The notes under the pieces are model-generated. The model was not told the DNA's origin and did no database searches. It worked only from the letters and a program-made list of their open reading frames with translations. Of a stretch of DNA of 64,000 nt, positions 29,617 to 39,085 are shown piece after piece. This stretch comes from Escherichia phage vB_vPM_PD112. A program made the translations under genes and the position numbers. The stretch lies in sequence record NC_054928.1; one strand, written 5' to 3'. The first letter of the stretch is position 1, and each line of letters begins with the position of its first letter.

Positions 29617-29961
29617 TTAAAAGAATTTAAATTTTTTCTTTGACCTTTTATTAAATGCATCTTGTAGTTGCATTGTAATACATTTTTCTACATGAGGAGC
29701 TAACTCAGCTTTTCTTTCTTGGTCAAGAACAGCAAAGTCCATTACGACTTTTCCATCAACCCAATCTAATTTTGTCACATACACAATGTGTGTAGAACCA
29801 TCTTCTAGTTTAATGACAATCTCCTGGATAACATTTTCCATGGCAGATTTAATTATCTTAAGAGATTCATTAAAAAGACGTTCTTTTCTTTCTTCTTCCC
29901 CCTCCGAAGAGGGGGATTCATCGATAATTTCTAGATCTAAATCTAAATCATCTTTATTCAT
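29617..29961 (-). CDS. 40: acidic protein, about 114 aa, probably gp40
   Basis: Position between uvsX and 41 as on the T4 map; track start is GTG, first ATG used. Confidence 0.45.
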   Translation of the reverse strand: MNKDDLDLDLEIIDESPSSEGEEERKERLFNESLKIIKSAMENVIQEIVIKLEDGSTHIVYVTKLDWVDGKVVMDFAVLDQERKAELAPHVEKCITMQLQDAFNKRSKKKFKFF

Positions 29962-31129
29962 TAAATTCTTCCATATCACTTAACTGTTCGAGGTCAGTTT
30001 CTAAATCAGCAGCTGATTTACTTTTACTTTCTGGAGATTTAAATTTTTCAACCTTTGAGTTAATCAATTCATCAACTTCAGCTTCAACAATTTCATTACT
30101 ATCAATAGCACCTAACTGATAAGCACGTTTAATAGCATCTCGGAATGGTTGATGCTTAAATAAAGGACCCCAGAATGTAGTGCAGTTGGTATCTTTTGCA
30201 CGCCAAGATTTTTCTTCGCGAATCATCTCACCGGTTTCTTCATCAAGAAATTCACGAGCATACCAGCCATTTTTAGGTTTTACCACGAATCCTAATTCTA
30301 GAGCCATATCTAACAATCCAGAATAAGGATCGATACCACCATCAAATTTAACATCAATAAAGAATTTACTTTTTTCTTTAACGGTACGAGATTTTTCTAC
30401 ATTTAGAACAAATTGATACCCCTGAAGATCAGAACCATCTTTAATCTGACGCTTACCGATAATGAATACAGTATCAGCCGAATACATCGGTCCAGTCCCG
30501 CCTCCCATAACGGTTTTACTAAACATTTCTTGTGTTTCGTATGTATGGTTAATAGCAATACATGGAATATTTTTAGTACTAAAATAGGGAGTTACGATAC
30601 GAAATAAGCTTTTCATTGTTTTAGCTCTAGTCATATCACTAACAACTTTTTCATTTAAAGCATCTTCAGTTTCTTTCTTAGAAGCTAAGTTACCAAGCGA
30701 ATCAATAAAAACGACTACCTTTTCACCACGTTCAATTGCATCCAATTGATTAACCATATCAATACGTAATTGCTCAAGTGATTGAACCGGAGTATGAATT
30801 ACTCGTTCTGGATCAACCCCCATGGATCGCAAATAAGCTGGAGTGATACCAAATTCGCTGTCATAAAACAAACATACTGCGTCAGGATATTGCCGCATGT
30901 AAGATGACACCATTGTTAATCCAAAGTTTGATTTAAATGATTTTGATGGACCTGCCAAAATTAACAGACCAGATTGCATACCACCAGTAATTTCACCAGA
31001 AAGCGCAATATTCATCATAGGAATTTTTGTTCGAACTACATCTTTTTCATTAAAGAATTTAGATGTAGTCAGTTCAGCGGTCAATTTAGAAGTAGAAGCT
31101 TTAATCAAACGAGATTTTAAATCAGACAT
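29954..31129 (-). CDS. uvsX: UvsX recombinase (RecA-like)
   Basis: 391 aa, the T4 UvsX length; Walker A GPSKSFKS. Confidence 0.95.
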   Translation of the reverse strand: MSDLKSRLIKASTSKLTAELTTSKFFNEKDVVRTKIPMMNIALSGEITGGMQSGLLILAGPSKSFKSNFGLTMVSSYMRQYPDAVCLFYDSEFGITPAYLRSMGVDPERVIHTPVQSLEQLRIDMVNQLDAIERGEKVVVFIDSLGNLASKKETEDALNEKVVSDMTRAKTMKSLFRIVTPYFSTKNIPCIAINHTYETQEMFSKTVMGGGTGPMYSADTVFIIGKRQIKDGSDLQGYQFVLNVEKSRTVKEKSKFFIDVKFDGGIDPYSGLLDMALELGFVVKPKNGWYAREFLDEETGEMIREEKSWRAKDTNCTTFWGPLFKHQPFRDAIKRAYQLGAIDSNEIVEAEVDELINSKVEKFKSPESKSKSAADLETDLEQLSDMEEFNE

Positions 31130-31137
31130 ATAATACC

Positions 31138-31803
31138 TTATAATAGTGTTCTTGTTCCACGAAATACTTCGAGCATTCTTGCATAAGATTTATTTGGAAA
31201 TCCAGCCTCAATTGCTAATTTTTTAAGCTTAATAGCACCGGGTTTTCCAGAGTTTTCCCATATTTCTTTAATCTTTTCAATGTTACCCCACATTATTGGG
31301 TCACGTTTATGTGATGGTTTATTTCTATTATAACCATATGGATTATTAAGCAAAGCTTCTTTTCGTCTTGCTTTAGTTTCTTCTGACTGCTTTTTGCCTA
31401 GCTGGACTTTCCGGCAAACATCACTAAATCCAAGATGTTTTGGTTTTCCTTTTTGAGCTTTCGAAATTTTTTCTTTAGTTTCTGATGAAACTCTATAACC
31501 AATTCTTCTACCACCCTCTCCGCCAATTTTTAAATTATAGGTCATAGGATCATTTACAACATCTATTGTTACTAATTCTCTTTCAGCATCCCGGGCTGAT
31601 TTAAAATCTTTATAAAACCCAAGAATGCTTAAATTAAAATTTTTCTTACCATACTTTTTCTTGGCTTGTGCTAATAAAGTTCCTGACCCCAGATAACCAT
31701 CATTTAAGTCATCGGTTGAATGAGTTCCGTAGTAAATTTTATTATTAACTAAATTAGTTATAACATAAGTATAATTATATTTCTTTTCTTTGTGTCTTTT
31801 CAT
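31138..31803 (-). CDS. segA: SegA, GIY-YIG homing endonuclease
   Basis: 221 aa from first ATG; GIY-YIG motif YVITN...KIYYGTHS and NUMOD-like repeats; position after uvsX as in T4. Confidence 0.9.
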   Translation of the reverse strand: MKRHKEKKYNYTYVITNLVNNKIYYGTHSTDDLNDGYLGSGTLLAQAKKKYGKKNFNLSILGFYKDFKSARDAERELVTIDVVNDPMTYNLKIGGEGGRRIGYRVSSETKEKISKAQKGKPKHLGFSDVCRKVQLGKKQSEETKARRKEALLNNPYGYNRNKPSHKRDPIMWGNIEKIKEIWENSGKPGAIKLKKLAIEAGFPNKSYARMLEVFRGTRTLL

Positions 31804-31807
31804 GTCA

Positions 31808-32650
31808 TTAATCAACTGCTATTGGATGAATAGCATTAAACTTATGAAACGCTTCTGATTTTTCTTTGCGCGAAACACACATGCGAAGAACCTTTAATGG
31901 CTCGTCTTCTTCACCCAACGATTTTCGTTTTTCAATATTAGAAGTTTTCCAACGAGCTTGCTCTGGAAATTCTCTATTGATTTGCTCGAGAGCTCTATTA
32001 TGTTTTGAATTACTACGAATTGAACTACATCCGCCAGGAGCTTGTGCTTTTCCGGATACAACCAGATATTTGAACAAGGCCAAATGCGGATAACCTTGAT
32101 TAATTAAATTGAGAAATGCATACATATCTTCGCATAAATCAATTTTTCCATACCCAATTTGTTCTGTTGTAAGTTTTCCAAGGTCATACCATGTATTCGT
32201 GAATCCATATGAATTTTCACGATAATTACCCCAAGATGAAGTAATTTTAAAAATAGGTAGACGAGCATGGCCATGATAATACCCGCAATCCATGGCATCT
32301 TCAACGTATTGAATCAATTCATAGAACTGTTCACGAGTTAATTGATTAATTTTATCTACGCAGCGACGATCATCTTTCTTTCGCATTGAACTCATACGAA
32401 TAGTAGTATCATCATCGATCATCCAAATTCGTTGACCTGCATACATATCAGTAATTGCTTTACGAGTTCCAGCAATTCCATTAACATCATCAGGAATAGT
32501 TACAATTTTAGCTCTAGACCCGTAAGCGTCATAATAAGCTTTTTCTTCATGTTCACGTACTACAATATGAGGTTCATAATCAGTCGGAAACATATCAAGG
32601 GCAGAAACTGCCCCTACACGTTGATAGCTTGGAATTACGAATTGAATCAT
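31808..32650 (-). CDS. GT-A fold (family 2-like) glycosyltransferase in the T4 beta-gt slot
   Basis: 280 aa; FVIPSYQR N-terminus and DxD-like WMIDDDTT; too short for T4 beta-gt (351 aa). Confidence 0.7.
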   Translation of the reverse strand: MIQFVIPSYQRVGAVSALDMFPTDYEPHIVVREHEEKAYYDAYGSRAKIVTIPDDVNGIAGTRKAITDMYAGQRIWMIDDDTTIRMSSMRKKDDRRCVDKINQLTREQFYELIQYVEDAMDCGYYHGHARLPIFKITSSWGNYRENSYGFTNTWYDLGKLTTEQIGYGKIDLCEDMYAFLNLINQGYPHLALFKYLVVSGKAQAPGGCSSIRSNSKHNRALEQINREFPEQARWKTSNIEKRKSLGEEDEPLKVLRMCVSRKEKSEAFHKFNAIHPIAVD

Positions 32651-33387
32651 TTCCACTCACCGTTATAATCTTTTTTCGCAATATGAGTTTCACCAGTTTT
32701 CCACCAATGGTCAACTAAATAAAACTGATTTTCGTAAACATGAAGACTTCCAACGTTCCATATAATAGAACCTGCTTTATATTGCCGCGATGGGTCGCCT
32801 GCATTCAAATCAGATACTAATTTATCTAGTACGTATTTTTGCCATGCATAATCATTACGATAGCCTGCCCAGCAATCATTGCTTCTCATGTTAACAACCG
32901 CATTGATTTTCTTGTCACGAATCAGGTACTGTACTGTATTCGTACACATGAAATCTGACATGCCATCTTTATTGTAGTCAAACTGCATGGATGGACGAGT
33001 ATAAATCATGATACCACGTCGAGAATCAGGATTTTGACCAAGTTCAGCTAAACACATGTCATACTGAGCATAGTTATCTTCTGACCAGATAGCCCAACCA
33101 TAATTCGAGTTAATTTCACCTTTAGAAGATGCTACCTGCTGCCAAATCTTTGGTGTTTCACCTGGAATATCTTTAACAAACAGACTTTGAGACTTATACC
33201 ATTCAAGTTCACGCTGAATGTATTCATCATTAAGAGCGCCAAAAATAAACGGTTCATCTGCTACAAATGATGCGCCAATAATTTCAATAGTTTTAACGCC
33301 AGTTTTATCAACTACGAAATCTTTTTCCTTTAATGCAAGCCCCAAATGAAGACGGATTTCTTCAACTGTCATAGAGTCACTAATCAT
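32647..33387 (-). CDS. 42: dCMP hydroxymethylase
   Basis: 246 aa, the T4 gp42 length; thymidylate-synthase-like fold; N-terminus MISDSMTVEEIRLHL. Confidence 0.95.
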   Translation of the reverse strand: MISDSMTVEEIRLHLGLALKEKDFVVDKTGVKTIEIIGASFVADEPFIFGALNDEYIQRELEWYKSQSLFVKDIPGETPKIWQQVASSKGEINSNYGWAIWSEDNYAQYDMCLAELGQNPDSRRGIMIYTRPSMQFDYNKDGMSDFMCTNTVQYLIRDKKINAVVNMRSNDCWAGYRNDYAWQKYVLDKLVSDLNAGDPSRQYKAGSIIWNVGSLHVYENQFYLVDHWWKTGETHIAKKDYNGEWK

Positions 33388-33394
33388 TTAAACC

Positions 33395-33544
33395 TCAATT
33401 GATACATTCATATTTAACTTGTAACAGTAATAAACTCCAACCTAAAACAATAGTTGGAATCATAAGAGGAACCGTTACACTATAGTATATACTTATTATA
33501 ACCATCAAGATTAAAAGCAACACTGCTATAATTTTGCTTTTCAT
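33395..33544 (-). CDS. small membrane protein, 49 aa
   Basis: Hand-translated MKSKIIAVLLLILMVIISIYYSVTVPLMIPTIVLGWSLLLLQVKYECIN; ATGA overlap with imm stop. Confidence 0.4.
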   Translation of the reverse strand: MKSKIIAVLLLILMVIISIYYSVTVPLMIPTIVLGWSLLLLQVKYECIN

Positions 33545-33792
33545 TCCTTCTCTCTGATGATAATTACCTGATTTGGCTGCGCAGACTTTTTAGTTTCACC
33601 TGCAATTGACCAAATAAATGTAATAAACCAACCAATAATTGACCAGTTAAACAGTAAAGATGTGAAAAAGATTCCTACTGTCGATTTTGACCCACGCATC
33701 AAGGCGATAAACCATGGAAGCATGTATATAATAATAGCCAACACGCCTGAAACTAAAACCATAAAAATTGAACCTGCTACTAAAGTTTCCAT
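33541..33792 (-). CDS. imm: Imm, membrane immunity protein
   Basis: 83 aa, the T4 Imm length; two hydrophobic spans; position between 42 and 43. Confidence 0.6.
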   Translation of the reverse strand: METLVAGSIFMVLVSGVLAIIIYMLPWFIALMRGSKSTVGIFFTSLLFNWSIIGWFITFIWSIAGETKKSAQPNQVIIIREKE

Positions 33793-33799
33793 GTTTTCC

Positions 33800-34180
33800 T
33801 CACTTAGTCAAATTTTTTACACATGAATTATAAGAATTTACTACATACTCCATCGGAGCATTTTTACCAGTACGCCATTGGTAATTATTAGCCCAATTAG
33901 CCCAAAGCTCGGCGCAGTAGTTTTCAATTTTTTCTTCGCGTGTAATTACATCCGAATTACGATATGCTTGAGCAGATTCATCTGGACGAATAGCTTCGTC
34001 AAAATTCGCCTGCATTTGTTCTACTGTCTGTTTTGGAGCTTCTTTATAACACTTGACGTTAGGATTATAAAATTTGCTTGAACAGTTTACAATTTTTCCT
34101 ACATCAGACTGATTTACTACCGGTCCTTGAGCTACACAACCAGTAAGACCCAATGCAATAACCAAAATAGCGATTTTCAT
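33800..34180 (-). CDS. lipoprotein, about 126 aa
   Basis: Track start is TTG; first ATG gives MKIAILVIALGLTGC with lipobox; early promoter upstream. Confidence 0.55.
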   Translation of the reverse strand: MKIAILVIALGLTGCVAQGPVVNQSDVGKIVNCSSKFYNPNVKCYKEAPKQTVEQMQANFDEAIRPDESAQAYRNSDVITREEKIENYCAELWANWANNYQWRTGKNAPMEYVVNSYNSCVKNLTK

Positions 34181-34217
34181 TTCATTCTCCAAATCCGTAT
34201 CAGTAGTTGATAGTTGT

Positions 34218-34246
34218 ATAGTACCATGGAATAACAGGGATGTAAA
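34218..34246 (-). promoter_or_regulatory. T4-early-type promoter
   Basis: Minus strand TTTACA (plus 34241-34246), 17 nt, TACTAT (plus 34218-34223). Confidence 0.7.
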
Positions 34247-34330
34247 CAGTTTTGTGAAAAAATTTTTAGGGAATCCAAAGGGTCCAGAATCATCTCTTTT
34301 TCATAAGTATAGATTTATATTACTTGTATG

Positions 34331-34351
34331 AAAAAGGGACCTGGAGGTCCC
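34331..34351 (-). terminator. intrinsic terminator after gene 43
   Basis: Minus strand GGGACCUCCAGGUCCC followed by UUUUU, 14 nt past the polymerase stop. Confidence 0.7.
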
Positions 34352-34364
34352 TAGATTTATTCTA

Positions 34365-37061
34365 TCAGCCAAACAGGAAGTCTAACGAAGCTTTTTCTTC
34401 ATAGTCCATGCCAGCCGATTCACACATACCCGCAAGCGGTTTAACAAACGATTTTTGGAACAAAGTTGAGTGGTCAATCCAAGATAGCACATCAGAACGA
34501 ATTTCTTTTGGAAGTTCTGTACCCGATGGCCAAGCAATGCACTTGTCACCAAATGGATTTCCCTCACGTAATGGAAGAACCATTACCTTATTTCCATCCA
34601 AAATTGGAGCTACACCTAGACCACTAACAGCTCGACGATAAGTTAGCACCCCACGAATATGGAACGGGCATTTAAATCCTGGCCAACCTTTATCATCATA
34701 TTTCGCTATATCATTCGCAGTTTTTACTTCAGCAATAACTTTATAGTCAAGTTGACGATATTCTTTCTCGAAGTTCTTGTAATATTCTTGGACAGACTCT
34801 TCACCTTCCTGAAGAATACGACGAATACTTTCTTCGAGAGCTTCTTGCACTGCTTTTGGTGTTGAACTCTGCTGAGTTTCCATACCCATGATTTTTAGAT
34901 GTGGTTCAGCAAATCGCTTATCTTCCATATCATAAACGTTCAGAGCATAACGTTTTTTCGCTTTCCAAAATCCACCGACACCCTTTGAACCAAGCGGAGG
35001 ACAAGAAATAGCTTCACGGTCCATATGCATCAGATGCTCGCGATTATTCATATAATCACATAACTCACGATATGCAACATCAATCATAGGTTCCATCTTT
35101 TTCTTACCGAACTGATTCATGAATTCAACTAAATCATTTTGTTCTTTAAAGCGGTCAAGACCTACTTTTTCAATAACTTTATCTACACAAACATATACCG
35201 AATCAGTATCACCCGCGGCGATGAAATCTTCATCATTAGTTCCGCATACTTTATTCAGATATTCGTTAATTTTACGAGCAATCCACTGAATACCAACTTG
35301 ACCAAAAATTGTGATAGCAGTAGCATTTCGCAAATCATAGTAACGGAAATGAATGTTACCAAGAGCACCATAAAGACTGTTAATAAGAATTTTACGGTTC
35401 AGCTGATTTGTGTTAGCAAGTGTAGCTGCTTTTTCACATTCTTCAATCAGACTATTGAGAACGGATTCGGTGTAATTCGATAGTTCATTTAAGAAATCAT
35501 CATTGAACTTAACATATCGTTCAACTTCTGGTTTAGTTGAACAAGACCCTGCGCCTTTCATAATAATCTTTTTAATAGCTTCGGCATTCATTTCTTCAGC
35601 GAACATTTTCTTTTTCCAATCTTTACGCTGGAAAAATACTTTAGCGATTTCCTTTGGAATGATACCTTCTTGATGCTTATCATACATCCATCCATTCGGA
35701 GAACAAGAATATTCATCACTCGGTTTAGGAGCTGTTCCTGCAATATATTCATGAATTGGATGAACTTTAAACTGCCCACGAATAGTCTCAGGACTAATGT
35801 TAACCTGACGAATAATGCTAGGATACAGAGACGTCAAGTCAAAACTCATAATATATCGACGAGCAATTGGTTTAGGTTCAAACACAAATGCACCCGGAAA
35901 ACTTTGTTTAACGTGCGAACCCTGTTGAGGAATAACCTTATGTTCACCTTTCAGTGAGTTAAAAATAATAGCGTCCCAAGTTTTAATAGGACTCATTACG
36001 CCAGAAAAAGGCATTTTAGCGTAATAAGACATACTTAAAACTAGATCGATAAACCCACGAATTTTATCAATTGCTTGAACTGATTCTACGTCAATGATGT
36101 TATAACTAATGTATCGTTGATGATTAGTCTCACGAAGTTTATTAATAGGACCATCATACGGTAATTTACCTTTTTTGGTTTCATGCTGAGCAACTGATTC
36201 CAAAGAGAATGACGGCAAATTAGTAAATGCGAATTTCTTATACAAATCTAAATAATCAAGAATAGATACGCCATCAATAGAATAAATTTCTTTGCTACCG
36301 TACACATTTTGAATTAGTTTAGATTTTACCCGACCGATTGGAGAGAAGCGTTTCATACTACGTTCGCCAAGAACCATTTTAACACGATTCATGATATACG
36401 GAACGTCAAATCCCTCAATATTCCAACCAGTAAAAATAGCAGGTCGTTTCTGTTCCCAGAGATTAATATATTCCATGAGCATATCACGCTCATTATCAAA
36501 TGGCATATAAATTACTCGGTCAAGAATTTCTTGAGGAACTTCATCACCACCTTCACAGTCAAGCTTAGCAGCTAACTTTGCATCCCATTTTGATACTGAA
36601 CCGTACATTGAATTCAAAAGGTCGAAAACATAAAAACGGTCATCAATTGAATCGTAATGAGTGATAGCATCAATTTCATATTCTGCTTTCATTGGGTCAG
36701 GAAATTTATCACCAGTAACCTCAATGTCACAGTTAGCTACACGAACAAATTTTCGGTCATAAACAATTTCTGAACCATATGTATCACTGATATAAGCGAG
36801 TTTAAAATCGTTCATACCGAGAGCTTCGAGACCGATGTCTTCCATTCGTTTCATCCAATCTCGTGCATCTTTCATTGATGGAAATTTTTGAGGAGCGCAA
36901 TTTTTACCATAAATGTCTTTGTATTTTGATTCTTCCTTACAGTGTCTAAACATAGTCGGAATATATTCTACTTCACGAGTACGTTCCTTTCCGTTTTCAT
37001 CAATATAACGTTCAACAATGTTATTTCCGACTGTTTCAATAGAGATATAAAATTCTTTCAT
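34365..37061 (-). CDS. 43: DNA polymerase (family B) with 3-prime exonuclease
   Basis: 898 aa, the T4 gp43 length; N-terminus MKEFYISIETVGNNIVERYIDENGKERTREVEY; exo and pol motifs. Confidence 0.98.
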   Translation of the reverse strand: MKEFYISIETVGNNIVERYIDENGKERTREVEYIPTMFRHCKEESKYKDIYGKNCAPQKFPSMKDARDWMKRMEDIGLEALGMNDFKLAYISDTYGSEIVYDRKFVRVANCDIEVTGDKFPDPMKAEYEIDAITHYDSIDDRFYVFDLLNSMYGSVSKWDAKLAAKLDCEGGDEVPQEILDRVIYMPFDNERDMLMEYINLWEQKRPAIFTGWNIEGFDVPYIMNRVKMVLGERSMKRFSPIGRVKSKLIQNVYGSKEIYSIDGVSILDYLDLYKKFAFTNLPSFSLESVAQHETKKGKLPYDGPINKLRETNHQRYISYNIIDVESVQAIDKIRGFIDLVLSMSYYAKMPFSGVMSPIKTWDAIIFNSLKGEHKVIPQQGSHVKQSFPGAFVFEPKPIARRYIMSFDLTSLYPSIIRQVNISPETIRGQFKVHPIHEYIAGTAPKPSDEYSCSPNGWMYDKHQEGIIPKEIAKVFFQRKDWKKKMFAEEMNAEAIKKIIMKGAGSCSTKPEVERYVKFNDDFLNELSNYTESVLNSLIEECEKAATLANTNQLNRKILINSLYGALGNIHFRYYDLRNATAITIFGQVGIQWIARKINEYLNKVCGTNDEDFIAAGDTDSVYVCVDKVIEKVGLDRFKEQNDLVEFMNQFGKKKMEPMIDVAYRELCDYMNNREHLMHMDREAISCPPLGSKGVGGFWKAKKRYALNVYDMEDKRFAEPHLKIMGMETQQSSTPKAVQEALEESIRRILQEGEESVQEYYKNFEKEYRQLDYKVIAEVKTANDIAKYDDKGWPGFKCPFHIRGVLTYRRAVSGLGVAPILDGNKVMVLPLREGNPFGDKCIAWPSGTELPKEIRSDVLSWIDHSTLFQKSFVKPLAGMCESAGMDYEEKASLDFLFG

Positions 37062-37100
37062 AGATATTCCTTAGTTTATAGCCCGAGTTATTAGGCTCTT
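37062..37100 (-). promoter_or_regulatory. gp43 translational operator
   Basis: mRNA GAGCCUAAUAACUCGGGCU hairpin then SD AAGGA and AUG; the loop matches the classic T4 gp43 binding site. Confidence 0.75.
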
Positions 37101-37105
37101 GATAT

Positions 37106-37137
37106 ATTATACTCCAATTAAGGGGCCGAAGCCCCTT
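37106..37137 (-). promoter_or_regulatory. -10 element and UUCG hairpin between regA and 43
   Basis: Minus strand GGGGCUUCGGCCCC (plus 37120-37137) then TATAAT (plus 37106-37111). Confidence 0.5.
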
Positions 37138-37139
37138 GC

Positions 37140-37508
37140 TTAATTACCAATCGTATATTTAGGAACGAGTTTCCATTCATGTTTTTGTTTAAAAGAAATA
37201 ACTCGGAAGTTATTAGTTAAATCTTTCATAAAAGTTCTTTGACCAGGAACGATTTCAATTAGTCCCCAATCTTCTAATAGCCATGCAATCGAATCACGAC
37301 GAACTTCATCTTCTTCTGTCATTTCAACCTGGCGACCATCCATACGAAGCATTTCTTTAAAATGAACGATATAGTATAGTCCTTTTTTCTGGAGAATATG
37401 ACAGGATTGATACAGAACTTTATCTTTATTATTAGCAATTCCCATACGAGTCAGAGTTTCTTTAACTTTCAGAAAATCTTCAGGTTTTTTAAGAGTAATT
37501 TCAATCAT
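37140..37508 (-). CDS. regA: RegA translational repressor
   Basis: 122 aa, the T4 RegA length; N-terminus MIEITLKKPEDFLKVKETL. Confidence 0.9.
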   Translation of the reverse strand: MIEITLKKPEDFLKVKETLTRMGIANNKDKVLYQSCHILQKKGLYYIVHFKEMLRMDGRQVEMTEEDEVRRDSIAWLLEDWGLIEIVPGQRTFMKDLTNNFRVISFKQKHEWKLVPKYTIGN

Positions 37509-37509
37509 T

Positions 37510-38073
37510 TTACCATTCCAATGCTAGTTTTTTGAGTTGTTTCTGTTCTTTTACATTCTTAGTCACTTCTTTCAAAAAATCATCCGTGACTAAACCTTTT
37601 AGTTCTTTTAATACTAAAGGAAGTTTTCCATTTTTAGTAAGAATTGATTTATAGTTAATTGCATCGTTTGTATTAACTTGATACCGCTTAGCAAGTAACT
37701 TAATAATCAATACTTCAGTAGAATCTTCGACCAGTTTTGCCCATTTACCATATCTTTTACCCCGAGGAACAGCAGCCATCAGATAATTAAAATGGGCTTC
37801 ATCGCTTAAACCTGATCCAATTAAATTCATAGCATATACAGCTGGCATGCACTCAGGAAATTGTGATAATGCATTCTCAACCATGTATTTTGAATAATCT
37901 TTTTGAGCAATAGAGCATTTAGTTTTATTATTAATAGCTCCAATTATTTCAAAAAACTCATTTTCAGCTTTTTCCTTAAAAGAATCAGCAGCAGATTGGA
38001 CAGCTGTCCAATCTTTTGAATACCAAGCAACTTGATGCTCGTTTAATTGAATATCATCTTCAAATAAGCTCAT
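37510..38073 (-). CDS. 62: clamp loader small subunit
   Basis: 187 aa, the T4 gp62 length; between regA and 44. Confidence 0.9.
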   Translation of the reverse strand: MSLFEDDIQLNEHQVAWYSKDWTAVQSAADSFKEKAENEFFEIIGAINNKTKCSIAQKDYSKYMVENALSQFPECMPAVYAMNLIGSGLSDEAHFNYLMAAVPRGKRYGKWAKLVEDSTEVLIIKLLAKRYQVNTNDAINYKSILTKNGKLPLVLKELKGLVTDDFLKEVTKNVKEQKQLKKLALEW

Positions 38074-38074
38074 A

Positions 38075-39034
38075 TCACTTCCACTGCATTTCGCATGCCA
38101 ATTGAATGAAAAGATATGCTAAATGTAATTCCGTATTAGCCGCAATTCCATGATACTGGTTATTTTCACCAACAATTTCATACATACGAATAATACTTTG
38201 CGGAGTTACGCGTGTATAAATTTCTTCGGCAAGTTTACCAACGAACCACGAATAATCAGCCGCATATTTTGGTGCTAAAGCTCTGAGTTGTTTAACATCT
38301 TTATTTTTGAGAGACTCAAGAACATCATCAATAGCACCACGATCGTTAGTAACCAGTGATAAAATACCAGCATCCAAAACACCTTTAGATGAATAACTAT
38401 CGAGCTCACCAATAGTTTTACGAAAATCAGGAAAATTCTTTTTAACCAAAGCTGCTACAACTTTCATATCAGCTATAGCAATTCCTTCACGCTTGCAGAT
38501 TTCAGTCAATCGACGAATCATCTGCTTCATCATTTCAATTTTATCTTCATCGGTCGGTTGACCGAATGTGATAACTCGACAGCGTGACTGAAGCGGTTTA
38601 ATAATACCATCAATATTGTTAGCAGTAATAATAATACTACAGTTTGAACTATAAGCTTCCATAAAGGAACGAAGATGTCGCTGAGATTCTGCTAACCCTG
38701 AACGGTCAAATTCATCAATAACGATTACTTTTTGACGACCATCAAATGAAGCGGCGCTGGCAAAATTAGTCAAAGGACCACGAACGAAATCAATTTTACA
38801 ATCTGATCCATTCACAAACATCATATCAGCATTTACATCATGACACAATGCTTTTGCTACAGTTGTTTTACCTGTTCCTGGAGAAGGAGAATGAAGAATA
38901 ATATGTGGAATCTTACCTTTACTTGTAATAGATTTAAAGGTTTCTTTATCAAAGGCGGGAAGAATACATTCATCGATAGTAGATGGACGATATTTCTGTT
39001 CAAGAATGTGTTCTTTTTCATTTACGGTAATCAT
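38075..39034 (-). CDS. 44: clamp loader large subunit (AAA+ ATPase)
   Basis: 319 aa from ATG MITVNEK (track adds a TTG extension); Walker [10 protein letters not shown]. Confidence 0.95.
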   Translation of the reverse strand: MITVNEKEHILEQKYRPSTIDECILPAFDKETFKSITSKGKIPHIILHSPSPGTGKTTVAKALCHDVNADMMFVNGSDCKIDFVRGPLTNFASAASFDGRQKVIVIDEFDRSGLAESQRHLRSFMEAYSSNCSIIITANNIDGIIKPLQSRCRVITFGQPTDEDKIEMMKQMIRRLTEICKREGIAIADMKVVAALVKKNFPDFRKTIGELDSYSSKGVLDAGILSLVTNDRGAIDDVLESLKNKDVKQLRALAPKYAADYSWFVGKLAEEIYTRVTPQSIIRMYEIVGENNQYHGIAANTELHLAYLFIQLACEMQWK

Positions 39035-39069
39035 AATTTCCTCATTCAAGTTTTAGTGTAAATTATAAA

Positions 39070-39081
39070 GGGCCGAAGCCC
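39070..39081 (-). other. intercistronic UUCG hairpin between 45 and 44
   Basis: Minus strand GGGCUUCGGCCC; 4 nt past the gene 45 stop. Confidence 0.6.
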
Positions 39082-39085
39082 TTTA

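Noticed and set aside
34382-34567. 61-aa minus-strand ORF inside the 3-prime end of gene 43
   Set aside because: Alternative frame within the DNA polymerase gene.
39061-39085. TTTATAAT after the hairpin upstream of gene 44 as a MotA-dependent promoter
   Set aside because: The nearest GCTT lies only 7 nt from the -10, too close for a MotA box; the element is more likely part of the hairpin context.
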